A DNA stretch of 64,000 nt, taken from Candidatus Enterousia sp. (lineage in GTDB: Bacteria > Pseudomonadota > Alphaproteobacteria > Rs-D84). Under the pieces are notes generated by a model. It made no database searches. It saw only the letters and a program-made list of their open reading frames with translations, and was not told where the DNA came from. Numbering within the stretch: the first letter of the stretch is position 1; the number at the start of each line of letters is the position of its first letter. The position numbers were made by a program, and so were the translations under genes. This document shows, in pieces, positions 1-9,517 of this stretch. The stretch is taken from contig JAZNVZ010000003.1 of NCBI GenBank assembly GCA_045593065.1, positions 14,248 to 78,247 of the forward strand, given 5' to 3'.

Positions 1-175
1 AAACTTTGTCGGTTGCCTTGGCACGAACAGAACAAGTGTTTAACAGAATAATATCTGCATCACTGACATCATCTGTTTGAACAAAACCGTGATGTTCCAG
101 CATTGCGGCGATGCGCAATCCATCGTACACATTCATTTGGCAACCAAAAGTTTTTATATAGAATTTTTTGGACAT
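1..175 (-). CDS. miaB: tRNA methylthiotransferase MiaB, N-terminal fragment (continues past window start)
   Basis: The minus-strand ATG at about 173-175 translates to [58 protein letters not shown]. This matches the MiaB MTTase N-domain (KTFGCQMN and LNTCS.R motifs). The ORF runs off the window edge. Confidence 0.55.
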   Translation of the reverse strand, partial: MSKKFYIKTFGCQMNVYDGLRIAAMLEHHGFVQTDDVSDADIILLNTCSVRAKATDKV

Positions 176-401
176 TTTTTATTTTGATTTTTGTGTTATG
201 GTGCGCGTTTTGGCGGCATAAATTTTATTTAATGTTGCATTATTATTTGTTTGTGGTTTTGGGGCATCGGTGGCTGGTGCCGGGCGGGTTTCATATCTGG
301 AACCTAATACAGGGTCATCGATTAAAACCAAAAATTCTTGTGTGTTGTCAGCCATGTCGTTCTCCTTTATTTACATTTTGTTCTGTTAAAAATTCTTTGT
401 T

Positions 402-722
402 TTATGCGATTTGCGTTATAGGTTTTTGCGCTCTGTTGTGATGCCGGGTATATTGTTTATTTGATTCTGGTACAGATAATATAGGTTGTGCCAATAAAGA
501 TTCTTTATATTGCCTAACTATCGCAGAAAATTCTAATTCTGTATCAGCAATCAGTTGTTCTGCTATGGCCGCCAGTGTTGATGTTGGCTCTTGTATTATG
601 AATACAGTCGCCTGTGCACGGTCGTCAGTTATGCGAATATTGTGTATGCGCATGAATTCTGCGATTTTTTGACGAGTGGTATCGTCTAAACTGGGTGCCA
701 AATAAACAACTGGGTCGCGCAT
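402..722 (-). CDS. hypothetical protein (106 aa), function unknown
   Basis: ORF lying between miaB and gatB on the same strand, with no motif I recognise. It may be N-terminally shorter than listed. Confidence 0.3.
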   Translation of the reverse strand: MRDPVVYLAPSLDDTTRQKIAEFMRIHNIRITDDRAQATVFIIQEPTSTLAAIAEQLIADTELEFSAIVRQYKESLLAQPILSVPESNKQYTRHHNRAQKPITQIA

Positions 723-725
723 AAA

Positions 726-2249
726 TTATCCTAATTTCTTTTTCATAATTTCATTTACGACTGCTGGATTGGCCTTGCCACCGGTTGCCTTCATCACATT
801 GCCAACAAAGAACCCAAGCAATCCAACCTTGCCAGATTTATATTGTTCAACCTGGGACGGATTTGCGGCGATAATTTCATCGATAACTTTTTCAATCGCG
901 CCTGTATCGGTAATTTGTTTCATACCGAATTTATCCGCGATATCGCGCGGTGTACCAGTTTCCCCATCCAACATTTTGATAAATATTTCTTTGGCTTGTT
1001 TGCCATTGATTTCGTTTGCCGATATCATATCAACCAATTCTGCCAGGTTTTCAGGTGTGATAATGCGTGGTTCGTCAGTATCGCGTTCACGAATTTCATT
1101 TGTAATGTCATAGTTTTCAGGATGTGCAAACAGTTCACTAATCATCCAGTTTGCAATCGGTTTTGCGCGTTCAGGTTTATCGCCGACCGCCATATCAAAC
1201 CATTTTGAAATATCGGTCGTTTCGGTCAGTCGCGCCGCATCATATTCCGCCAGACCATATTTTTCGATGTACCGTGTGCGTGTCGCCGCTGGCAATTCTG
1301 GCATGGTGCGGCGAATGCGTTCAATGCGGTCATAGGTTATTACCAATGGCAATAAATCTGGGTCCGGGAAATAACGATAATCCAATGCGTCTTCTTTGCT
1401 GCGCAGAACAGATGTGGTGCCATCGCCTTGGTTATAACGCATGGTGTTGCGTTCGATTGTGCCGCCAGATTCCAGAATTTCTATTTGACGGCGTGCCTCG
1501 TATTCGATTGCGGTTTTGATAAATTTAAACGATACCATGTTTTTAATTTCACAACGTTCATTAAACGTGTTCGTTCCTGCACGGCGTACAGAAACATTGA
1601 CATCGGCACGCATAGAACCTTCTTCCATATTGGCGCGTGATACACCCAATGCGCGTGCGATTTCACGAATTTTGCGCAGGTATTTTTCGGCCTCGTCAGG
1701 AGAAGAAATAAACGAATTGTTTTCTGGGTTTTCAACATCCAAGAAAGTTACGATTTCTAATAATGTAACCCCAGTGCGATTATAATCAGCAAAAGATTTT
1801 GTTGGGTGTGCATCGTGTTTTAATTTTCCTGCATCTTGTTCCAGGTGGGCGCGTTCAATTAAAATCTTTTTAGGATTTCCATCATCGCCAATGATTTCAA
1901 TCCAACCACGACCAACCACGGGTGCTTCGTCTGCGGGTTGCGATATTTGATATCCCTGGGGCAGGTCAGGGTAAAAATATTGTTTGCGGGCAAAACGACT
2001 GACGTGGGAAATTTCCGCGTTGATGCCCAAACCGAATTTGATTGCTTGGTCAACACAGTATTCATTTAATACTGGCAACATACCCGGCATCGCGACATCG
2101 ACCATGCATGCTTGGGTGTTTGGGGCAACAGATGGATTATAATCCGCGGATGCGCCACTGAAAATTTTACTGTTGGATAAAACCTCGATATGGGTTTCTA
2201 AACCAATAACTACTTCCCAATCACCTGATTTGCCTTGTATCGTAAACAT
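726..2249 (-). CDS. gatB: Asp-tRNA(Asn)/Glu-tRNA(Gln) amidotransferase subunit B
   Basis: The 507 aa product has typical GatB N- and C-terminal (YqeY-like) regions. It sits in the gatC-gatA-gatB series. Confidence 0.93.
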   Translation of the reverse strand: MFTIQGKSGDWEVVIGLETHIEVLSNSKIFSGASADYNPSVAPNTQACMVDVAMPGMLPVLNEYCVDQAIKFGLGINAEISHVSRFARKQYFYPDLPQGYQISQPADEAPVVGRGWIEIIGDDGNPKKILIERAHLEQDAGKLKHDAHPTKSFADYNRTGVTLLEIVTFLDVENPENNSFISSPDEAEKYLRKIREIARALGVSRANMEEGSMRADVNVSVRRAGTNTFNERCEIKNMVSFKFIKTAIEYEARRQIEILESGGTIERNTMRYNQGDGTTSVLRSKEDALDYRYFPDPDLLPLVITYDRIERIRRTMPELPAATRTRYIEKYGLAEYDAARLTETTDISKWFDMAVGDKPERAKPIANWMISELFAHPENYDITNEIRERDTDEPRIITPENLAELVDMISANEINGKQAKEIFIKMLDGETGTPRDIADKFGMKQITDTGAIEKVIDEIIAANPSQVEQYKSGKVGLLGFFVGNVMKATGGKANPAVVNEIMKKKLG

Positions 2250-2303
2250 TTTTATTTTTCCTTGCTTTTTGTTTTTTTATACTTTAATATACCCCGTACG
2301 GAT

Positions 2304-2379
2304 GGCCAGATAGCTCAGTTGGTAGAGCAAGGGACTGAAAATCCCTGTGTCAGTGGTTCGATTCCACTTCTGGCCACCA
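2304..2379 (+). tRNA. tRNA-Phe (anticodon GAA)
   Basis: ggccagatagctcagttggtagagcaagggactgaaaatccctgtgtcagtggttcgattccacttctggccacca forms a cloverleaf with a 7-bp acceptor stem, the D-loop motif AGTTGGTA, anticodon loop CTGAAAA, T-loop TTCGATT and a 3' CCA. Confidence 0.9.
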
Positions 2380-2408
2380 TTTTTATTGCTGTGTTATACA
2401 GCATTTTT

Positions 2409-3878
2409 TTATTCCCCCATAATCTTTGTTGGACGATTGTCGACCCCGCCGAATTGCTGGATATGTTTTGCCAACTGTAAAACGCGCAAATCATCAAATC
2501 GTTTCCCTACAACCTGCATGCCCAATGGCAGATTGTTTTCAGCCATGCCGGCCGGAACACTGACCGCAGGAACACCCGCCAGGTTCATCGCAACGGTGAA
2601 TAAATCCAATGCGTAATATTCCAATGGTGTTAAATCTGCATCCAAAGGTAATGCGGTGCCGGCACCCGATGGGCACACGATTAAATCGCACCCGTCAAAT
2701 GCGCGATTAAATGCGTCTGCAATCAAACGGCGCACGCGTGCGGCCTGCATAAAATATACATCGTATGATGATGATGACAATACCGCCGTTCCAATAATCA
2801 TACGGCGTTGAACCTCGGTCCCGAAACCAGCGGCGCGGGTCTTTTTATATGTGTCGATTAAATCGTTGCCGTCCACACGCAGCCCATAACGCATGCCGTC
2901 AAAACGCGCCAGGTTTGATGACGCCTCGGCTGGGGCGATAATATAATATGCCGCCAAAGCATCCAAAATGTTTGGAATTGAAACCTGGACAATTTCGGCG
3001 CCAGCAGATTTCAAATCGGCAACGCGTGCATCAAATATGCGTTTCATGTCGGGTGAAATTTCGACATCGGCAAATTCTTTGATTATACCGATGCGTAATT
3101 TTTTGCCCGTACCTAAAATCGGTTCCAGTTCGCCCGATACATGAAAGTTTTGGTTTGGGCTACTGGTTGAATCTTTTGGGTCATGTCCCGCCATAATTCC
3201 CAATAACAATGCAGCATCATCGACCGTGCGCGCGATTGGGCCAGGGGTGTCTAAACTGGATGCAAATGCAACACATCCCCAACGCGAACACAATCCGTAT
3301 GTTGGTTTTACACCAACCAACCCCGTAATGGATGCCGGAAAACGAATCGAGCCGCCTGTATCAGTACCTGTGCCCCCCATGGCCAATCCAGATGCCACTG
3401 CAGATGTTGTCCCGCCCGATGAACCGCCCGCGGTCAGGCGGCGATTTAATTGCCAAGGATTCACAGGTGCACCAAAATATGAGGTTTTAGAAAATGTGCC
3501 CATCGCAAATTCGTCCAAATTTGCCTTGCCCAATAATACTGTTCCTGCATCAATGTATTTTTGCGAAATTGTAGATTCATATTCTGGGATGAAATTTTCC
3601 AGCATGTGTGATGCCGCCGTTGTGCGAATGCCGCGTGTTGCAAATAAATCCTTCATCGCGATTGGAATACCGTCCAGAACGCGTGGTGTTCCCGCCGCAT
3701 AACGTTCGTCCGCTGCTGCCGCATCTGCCAATGCACGTTCAGGAGTCGTGGTGATATAGCAATTTAATTCGCCGCCGAATTTTTCAATGCGGTTCAGGTG
3801 CGCACGTGTCAATTCAGTCGCAGATATTTCCCGTGATTTTAATTTCTTTAATGCTTCGATAATTGTAAAATCTATCAT
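2409..3878 (-). CDS. gatA: Glu-tRNA(Gln) amidotransferase subunit A (amidase family)
   Basis: 489 aa product with the amidase signature GGSSGG and a typical GatA N-terminus (MIDFTIIEALKKLKSREISATEL). Confidence 0.93.
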   Translation of the reverse strand: MIDFTIIEALKKLKSREISATELTRAHLNRIEKFGGELNCYITTTPERALADAAAADERYAAGTPRVLDGIPIAMKDLFATRGIRTTAASHMLENFIPEYESTISQKYIDAGTVLLGKANLDEFAMGTFSKTSYFGAPVNPWQLNRRLTAGGSSGGTTSAVASGLAMGGTGTDTGGSIRFPASITGLVGVKPTYGLCSRWGCVAFASSLDTPGPIARTVDDAALLLGIMAGHDPKDSTSSPNQNFHVSGELEPILGTGKKLRIGIIKEFADVEISPDMKRIFDARVADLKSAGAEIVQVSIPNILDALAAYYIIAPAEASSNLARFDGMRYGLRVDGNDLIDTYKKTRAAGFGTEVQRRMIIGTAVLSSSSYDVYFMQAARVRRLIADAFNRAFDGCDLIVCPSGAGTALPLDADLTPLEYYALDLFTVAMNLAGVPAVSVPAGMAENNLPLGMQVVGKRFDDLRVLQLAKHIQQFGGVDNRPTKIMGE

Positions 3879-3913
3879 TTTTATTTTTCCTGTATTTGAT
3901 TTTATGTTTTTAT

Positions 3914-4216
3914 TTAATCTGCGTCCATAACCTTGGGTACGGCAAAGTATCCGCGTGAAACACCCGATTTGTCCGGGGTGTTTGCCAAAATTTTATCACG
4001 CATGTTTGGTTCGGTAACCGTATCCGCGCGCATTGGCAAATCATGTTCACATGGGTTTAATAATGGTTCAACACCGGTGGTGTCAATTTTCTGTAATTTA
4101 TCCAACCATTCGACAACACTGTCTATGTTCATTTGTTCCAATTTTTCGTCAGGTATTTCAATCCTGATTAAATCTGCGAATTTTTGTAATTGTTGCTTGC
4201 TAAATGCCATTTTCAA
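3914..4216 (-). CDS. gatC: Glu-tRNA(Gln) amidotransferase subunit C
   Basis: Roughly 100 aa acidic protein immediately upstream of gatA, with a GatC-like sequence (IDTTGVEPLLNP...). Confidence 0.8.
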   Translation of the reverse strand: MKMAFSKQQLQKFADLIRIEIPDEKLEQMNIDSVVEWLDKLQKIDTTGVEPLLNPCEHDLPMRADTVTEPNMRDKILANTPDKSGVSRGYFAVPKVMDAD

Positions 4217-4247
4217 TCCTATATTTATAAAGTAAAGGAATTATACA

Positions 4248-4694
4248 ATGATTTTGCCAAATTTCAAGGATTTTCCGCGCGTTGGGCGAATATTGGGGAT
4301 TGATTGGGGCGCGCGGCGTACAGGTGTCGCAATCAGTGATGAAACGCATCAAATTGTTTTTGTGCGACCTGGGGTCGTGTCAAACGGTACAGATGATTTG
4401 GTAAAACAAATATTGTCTGTGATAACGGCAGAAAAAATTGTTGGTATTGTGATTGGATTGCCGTTGCGTATGGACGGAACAGAATCCCCAACCACACAGA
4501 ATGTGCGCGCGTTTGCAGACATATTGGCAACACAAACCAATGTGCCAATTTGCTTTGTGGACGAAACATTAACATCGGCATCTGCCCAGGAAGATATGGG
4601 ACGGGTGCGCGTGCGCGATATTAAACAAAAATTGGATTCACAATCTGCGCGGGTGATTTTAGAAAACGCGATTGCAATTATAAATAGATTGTAA
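4248..4694 (+). CDS. ruvX: Holliday-junction resolvase-like protein RuvX/YqgF
   Basis: 148 aa product carrying the LGIDWGARRTGVAISDE motif of the YqgF family. Confidence 0.88.
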   Translation: MILPNFKDFPRVGRILGIDWGARRTGVAISDETHQIVFVRPGVVSNGTDDLVKQILSVITAEKIVGIVIGLPLRMDGTESPTTQNVRAFADILATQTNVPICFVDETLTSASAQEDMGRVRVRDIKQKLDSQSARVILENAIAIINRL

Positions 4695-4726
4695 ATTTTA
4701 TTGTATCAAATTTTTTGTGGAATAAA

Positions 4727-4760
4727 AAACGCCACTGTTAAAAAGTGGCGGATTTTATGC
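4727..4760. terminator. bidirectional intrinsic terminator between ruvX and the AI-2E transporter gene
   Basis: Hairpin cgccactgttaaaaagtggcg flanked by A/T runs. Confidence 0.5.
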
Positions 4761-4772
4761 GTATAGCACATT

Positions 4773-5816
4773 TTAATCTTCGGTTTTTTCAGGAATTCGA
4801 CCGTCTGTGGATAATAATACTGCAATCCAACGTGTCGAATCAAATTGTGCGGTAATAATAAATATTGCAGCCAAAATCGGCACACTGAAAAACATACCTG
4901 CGACACCCCATAACAATCCCCAAAATACCAAATTGATTAATATTGCTAATGTGGACAGGTTTAATGTTTTCCCCATTAATTTTGGATCAATAATATTTCC
5001 AAATATGGTTTCCAGAACAATCAAACCGCCAGCGGTTAATAATGGCAAATGTAATGAATCCCCAGAAATCATTGCGTATAAAATTGGCAGTGCGCACGCA
5101 ACAATAGAACCAATCGTTGGAATGTAATTCATAATGAATATCAAAAACGCCCAAACGCCAGCGAATTCTAATCCAATGGCACGCAACCAGATGTATGCAC
5201 ATATACCCGTGGCGCCAGCAATGGCTGTTTTTACAAACAAATATTTTTTCATGTTTTTATCAAAACTTTCAACAATATAACCAAATTTTTTTGTTTTGGA
5301 TTTTGATTCAAACAAGTTGTTCATTTTATGATGAAATGTACTTTGTTCTACAAACAAGAATAAAATGTAAATCAAAATCATGCCCAATGATGTCGCAATA
5401 TTTGCCGCAGATGCACCAACTGTTTTTACAATGTCAGTTAGTTTTGGGAACATGTTTATATCAAATGTTAATCCTAATTTATTGAACATATATGTACTGA
5501 ATGTAATCAGTTTTTCTTGAATTTCTGGGATACGCGCAACCAGTTCCGAAAACATAGGGTTTATTTGTGTCGCGAATGCGTACAATAAATAGCATAAACT
5601 GGTGGCAGACAGTAATATTGACAATATATTAAAAAATTCTGGCCAAAACACAGGACATTTCTTTTTGCAATAATTAAACGGCAAAATTTTGCGAAAATAT
5701 GCCGCGATTGCGTTTATTAAATACCATAAAAATATTGCAACCAATAATGGAATTAATATGGTGCGACCAAACCATAACAATATAACCAGACCGGTAAAAA
5801 TAATTATTCCATTCAT
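4773..5816 (-). CDS. AI-2E family (PerM/YhhT-like) transporter
   Basis: 347 aa polytopic membrane protein with a typical AI-2E fold pattern. Confidence 0.8.
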   Translation of the reverse strand: MNGIIIFTGLVILLWFGRTILIPLLVAIFLWYLINAIAAYFRKILPFNYCKKKCPVFWPEFFNILSILLSATSLCYLLYAFATQINPMFSELVARIPEIQEKLITFSTYMFNKLGLTFDINMFPKLTDIVKTVGASAANIATSLGMILIYILFLFVEQSTFHHKMNNLFESKSKTKKFGYIVESFDKNMKKYLFVKTAIAGATGICAYIWLRAIGLEFAGVWAFLIFIMNYIPTIGSIVACALPILYAMISGDSLHLPLLTAGGLIVLETIFGNIIDPKLMGKTLNLSTLAILINLVFWGLLWGVAGMFFSVPILAAIFIITAQFDSTRWIAVLLSTDGRIPEKTED

Positions 5817-5862
5817 GTTTGTTCCTCCCTTTTTTTATTGAATTTAATGCGTATAGCGCATT

Positions 5863-6537
5863 TTATGATTTTATGTTTCCGTGTTCCAATTCTGTTATTT
5901 CTGTTGGTGAAATCAAATCGGTAAATTCTGGTTGATGACTGATAAATAAAAATGTCGTGTTTGGCATTTTGTTTATTGTTTCGGCAATCTGTTTTTGTGT
6001 TTGTGTGTCCGCCCCAGAATCAGGTTCGTCCAGAATTGCGAGTTTTGGTTTGGTTAATAATAATCGCAACAGCATTAATCGTTTGCGTTCCCCGCCAGAA
6101 AAACCAACATTAACACTGCGCCCCATCCAATCTTTTGGAATGTTTAATTGTTCGCGTGCAGATTCCAGCATTTCCATAAATTCAGCCATTGATAAATCGC
6201 GGCCTGTTTCAAAAAGCGTGTGTGCAATCATACTGTGTTTCAAAAAATTTACAACGGTTAATCCCGGTATTTCAGGAACATTTTGCGCACCCAGAAAAAT
6301 TCCGCGTAATGCGCGTTCTGTGGTGGTGGCGTTTGTAATGTCTGTACCATCGAAAATTATTTGGCCGTTTGTTATGCGGTATTCTGGATTGCCAGCAATA
6401 GTTTGTACCAATGTCGATTTTCCAGACCCGTTGTGTCCCGCTAATAAATGGCGTGCGCCAGTTTTGACAGATATGTTTATATCGTTTAATAAACATTTGT
6501 CCCCGAATGAAACAGATAAATTTTTTATTTCCAGCAT
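5863..6537 (-). CDS. sufC: Fe-S cluster assembly ATPase SufC
   Basis: The 224 aa ABC ATPase has Walker A GHNGSGKST, the signature LSGGERKR and Walker B ILDEPDSG. Confidence 0.9.
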   Translation of the reverse strand: MLEIKNLSVSFGDKCLLNDINISVKTGARHLLAGHNGSGKSTLVQTIAGNPEYRITNGQIIFDGTDITNATTTERALRGIFLGAQNVPEIPGLTVVNFLKHSMIAHTLFETGRDLSMAEFMEMLESAREQLNIPKDWMGRSVNVGFSGGERKRLMLLRLLLTKPKLAILDEPDSGADTQTQKQIAETINKMPNTTFLFISHQPEFTDLISPTEITELEHGNIKS

Positions 6538-6542
6538 TTGTA

Positions 6543-7868
6543 TTATTCCTTGCCTAGTGCCATTTGTATTAATTGTTTTGATTCTACCAAGAATTCCATT
6601 GGTAATCTAGATATAATTGGGTTGGCCGTTGCGCCGATTATCAAAGCAATCGCTTGGTCTGTGGTGATGCCAGATTGTTCCAGAAAAAACAGTGTGGCGA
6701 CATCAATAGCGCCTGTGGTGGCCTCATGCGATTGGATGTTGGTATTGTTGGTATGAATAATTGTTGGGATTGTATTCGCAGTAGCATTTTCACCCACAAT
6801 GGTTGTGTCGCATTTTGATGCGTTTGCACAATGTTCGCCAGTAAAATTAACCAAACTGCGGAATGTTTGTTTAGAATCATCTAATGCAACCCCATATGAC
6901 ACAATGTTCGATACAGAATTATTTCCAATATGAATCATTTTCGTTCCTGTGTCAGATTGTTGGGCACCACGCGTAATTGTCAGTGAATAAAAATCGCTAT
7001 GCGCATTGTTTCCGGACAAAATTGTTGATGGGTATTTCCATGTCATGGCCGACCCAATTTCAATTTGCGTCCAATCAAGTGTCGCATTATTTTCGCATTT
7101 GCCGCGTTTCGTTACAAAATTCAAAATACCACCGACAGGTTTGTTTCCTATATGTTTCCCAGCATACCAATTTTGTACAGTTGAATATTTTACATACGCA
7201 TTATCCAGCACAACAATTTCAACAACACCGCTGTGTAATTGATGATTGGGACGGCGTGGGGCACTGCATCCTTCCATATAACTTAAATTTGCACCAGTAT
7301 CTGCGATAATCAGTGTGCGTTCAAATTGACCAATTTTTGCGGTTTCGATTCTAAAATAACTGGCCAAATCAATAGGGCATTTTGTGTGTGGCGGAACATA
7401 TACAAATGTGCCGTCTGAAAATACCGCAGCGTTTAACGCTGCAAAAAAATTGTCAGTAGCAGGAACAACACTCCCCAGATATTTTTTTACCAGGTCTGGA
7501 TATTGAATTACAGCATCACTGAATGGTAAAAATATAATCCCCAGTTTTGCTAGTTCTGCGGTGTATGATGTGTGCACAGATTGACTGTCGATGACGGTAT
7601 CGGTTGCCATACCCAGTAATGCCTGTTGTTCGCTTTCAGGGATGCCCATTTTTTTATATGTGTCAGCCAAATCTGAATTATCAATCGGTTTTGCCCCAGC
7701 AAAATATTCCAATGAATCGTAATCGATTGGGTCAAAATCTATTTCTGCCCAATGAGGTTCTTGCATTTTTTGCCACGCGTCAAACGCCGCCAATCGCCAA
7801 TCTAGCAACCATTGAGGTTCATTGCGTTTTGTTGATATTTCTCGAATAAGATTTGCATCCAATTTCAA
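6543..7868 (-). CDS. sufB: Fe-S cluster assembly protein SufB
   Basis: 441 aa SufB/SufD-family protein located upstream of sufC. Its C-terminal region (DTGTKMIHIGNNS...HEATT...LPMEF) matches SufB. Confidence 0.82.
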   Translation of the reverse strand: MKLDANLIREISTKRNEPQWLLDWRLAAFDAWQKMQEPHWAEIDFDPIDYDSLEYFAGAKPIDNSDLADTYKKMGIPESEQQALLGMATDTVIDSQSVHTSYTAELAKLGIIFLPFSDAVIQYPDLVKKYLGSVVPATDNFFAALNAAVFSDGTFVYVPPHTKCPIDLASYFRIETAKIGQFERTLIIADTGANLSYMEGCSAPRRPNHQLHSGVVEIVVLDNAYVKYSTVQNWYAGKHIGNKPVGGILNFVTKRGKCENNATLDWTQIEIGSAMTWKYPSTILSGNNAHSDFYSLTITRGAQQSDTGTKMIHIGNNSVSNIVSYGVALDDSKQTFRSLVNFTGEHCANASKCDTTIVGENATANTIPTIIHTNNTNIQSHEATTGAIDVATLFFLEQSGITTDQAIALIIGATANPIISRLPMEFLVESKQLIQMALGKE

Positions 7869-7870
7869 AT

Positions 7871-8413
7871 TTATTCACCCGTTTCTGCCAGTTGTTGCGC
7901 CTGACTGAAAAATGTTAGAGATTGTCCCAGCAGGCCATCTGTAAATGTTGATGATAATATGCCATCAGGTTCAGTCGTTGTCAAATATTGTAATAATCTG
8001 TTTGCCCCGGTTATATAATTATTAATGTTATGCGCAATACTGGTATCCAGTTTTATGCAGCGGCGCAATTTTTCCAACGCAAATGGATTTTTTGAATATT
8101 CGTCCATAATCCCGCCCAGTGCGCGCCATAACGGATGTTCGTTTGTATTGCGCGGCATAACATCGATTGCCGCCATCACAGGAATTAGATTTTGCAACAA
8201 ATCTTGATATACAATTTCGGCGTTTTCGGCAACCGCGTTTGTTGCGTTTTTACTTTTTAACAAAGATTGCATTTTTGTAATCAGGTTATATTGATATGTT
8301 AATGTTTTTGATATGTTCATGATTTGTGCATTTATGCCGCGTATGCTGATAAATACAGCAATAACAGCAATGAAAACAAATGCCAATAAAGATAAAATAA
8401 TAATGTCTTGCAT
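7871..8413 (-). CDS. hypothetical membrane protein with an N-terminal TM helix (180 aa)
   Basis: Its stop overlaps the sufB start. There is a single N-terminal hydrophobic helix. I considered LemA but could not support it. Confidence 0.5.
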   Translation of the reverse strand: MQDIIILSLLAFVFIAVIAVFISIRGINAQIMNISKTLTYQYNLITKMQSLLKSKNATNAVAENAEIVYQDLLQNLIPVMAAIDVMPRNTNEHPLWRALGGIMDEYSKNPFALEKLRRCIKLDTSIAHNINNYITGANRLLQYLTTTEPDGILSSTFTDGLLGQSLTFFSQAQQLAETGE

Positions 8414-8511
8414 TGTAATACTCCTGATTTGGTTTTTATGTTAGTATAACACACATTTTTGCGATTCGTATGTTTTTATCTGGTAATAACGAAAAATCGA
8501 TTTTTTTGGTC

Positions 8512-8540
8512 TTGCACAGATTCGGTCAAATTGCTATAAT
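8512..8540 (+). promoter_or_regulatory. near-consensus sigma70 promoter (TTGCAC-17 nt-TATAAT) upstream of the TcpQ-like/secretin pair
   Basis: The sequence is cttgcacagattcggtcaaattgctataat, lying 34 nt upstream of the RBS aaagg and the ATG at 8574. Confidence 0.5.
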
Positions 8541-8573
8541 AAGAATATCTAGATGGAAAGAAAGGACATTTAA

Positions 8574-9485
8574 ATGTTTCGTAAATTTTTGATTTTTGCA
8601 ATGTTTGCAACGGCTGCGGGGTATTGTTTTGCTGAACAATCTGCCCCCCAGGTTACCACAGCCGAGGTGTTTGCCGACCAATACAAATCTGGGACAGAGG
8701 TTGTTGACGAAACCATAACAACAACCGAAACGACAGAGGTTGCCCAATATAACACAGACGAAAATGTGCCGGCATGGCCGATTGCGGGCTCTGATGCAGA
8801 TGTTGTCGCAAAATGTGATGATGCCCAGAAAAAAACGGATAGTATTCGTATTGTGTCTAAGATTGGCGATGATATGATTGTTGAAAATGGGTTTGAATTT
8901 ACAGGAACAGGATGGACCGGTGGGGCAAACATGTTGCATGGTAATCGTATCCCAATGGGTTTTGATGACGAATGCGAAAATGGCGCAGAAATGCCTTTGT
9001 TAAATCGCGAAATGTTAGAAGACGATGGCGGAAATGTCTTGGCGATGTCGCGCAGTGGTCGCAAACATTGTGCCAAGCGCAATAAACAATACGGATTTAT
9101 AGCCCAAGACGAAGGTATGGAGGGCATGGATGGCGCAGATACAGCCACATGGGAAATGGAATTTAACAAAGATATGTCCACAGAAAACACTGCTACTAAA
9201 AATGCAGATGCGCCACAGCCCAAGGCAGACGAAGTGCGTTCTTGGGTGGTGGCCAGTGGTCAAACCCTGCGCGAGGTTTTGCAAAATTGGTGCGACAAAG
9301 AAGGTTGGGATCTGGTTTGGGCGACTTCGCGTGAATATCCAATCGAGGCCAGTGCCGTATTCAAGGGTCGTTTTACAGATGTCGCATCTGCGTTGGTGCG
9401 TAATTTTGGACGCGCAACGCCGGTGCCGTATGCCAAATTTTACAAGGGAAATTTGGTGTTGGTAATTTCTACTAATGAAGAATAA
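8574..9485 (+). CDS. exported TcpQ/PilL-like protein (C-terminal TcpQ-type domain)
   Basis: Signal peptide MFRKFLIFAMFATAAGYCFA. The C-terminus SWVVASGQTLREVLQNWCDKEGWDLVWATSREYPIEASAVFKGRFTDVASALV matches the W..G.TL...L..W....GW.lvW pattern I recall for the TcpQ / PilL C-terminal domain. It lies directly upstream of a secretin gene. Confidence 0.6.
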   Translation: MFRKFLIFAMFATAAGYCFAEQSAPQVTTAEVFADQYKSGTEVVDETITTTETTEVAQYNTDENVPAWPIAGSDADVVAKCDDAQKKTDSIRIVSKIGDDMIVENGFEFTGTGWTGGANMLHGNRIPMGFDDECENGAEMPLLNREMLEDDGGNVLAMSRSGRKHCAKRNKQYGFIAQDEGMEGMDGADTATWEMEFNKDMSTENTATKNADAPQPKADEVRSWVVASGQTLREVLQNWCDKEGWDLVWATSREYPIEASAVFKGRFTDVASALVRNFGRATPVPYAKFYKGNLVLVISTNEE

Positions 9486-9517
9486 ATTTTTGTATCCGCA
9501 GCGAGGAGAATAAAAAT

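Noticed and set aside
103-441. Plus-strand 112-aa ORF overlapping the miaB N-terminus and the upstream region
   Set aside because: TTG start and a low-complexity F/I/L-rich translation. It lies antisense to a well-supported MiaB fragment.
7871-8413. Initial call of LemA-family protein for the 180-aa TM protein upstream of sufB
   Set aside because: On re-reading, the sequence does not fit the LemA pattern I remember, so I kept it as hypothetical.
8570-9223. 217-aa minus-strand ORF antisense to the TcpQ-like gene
   Set aside because: Ser/Pro-rich low-complexity translation. The plus-strand frame has a signal peptide, RBS, promoter and a recognisable C-terminal domain.
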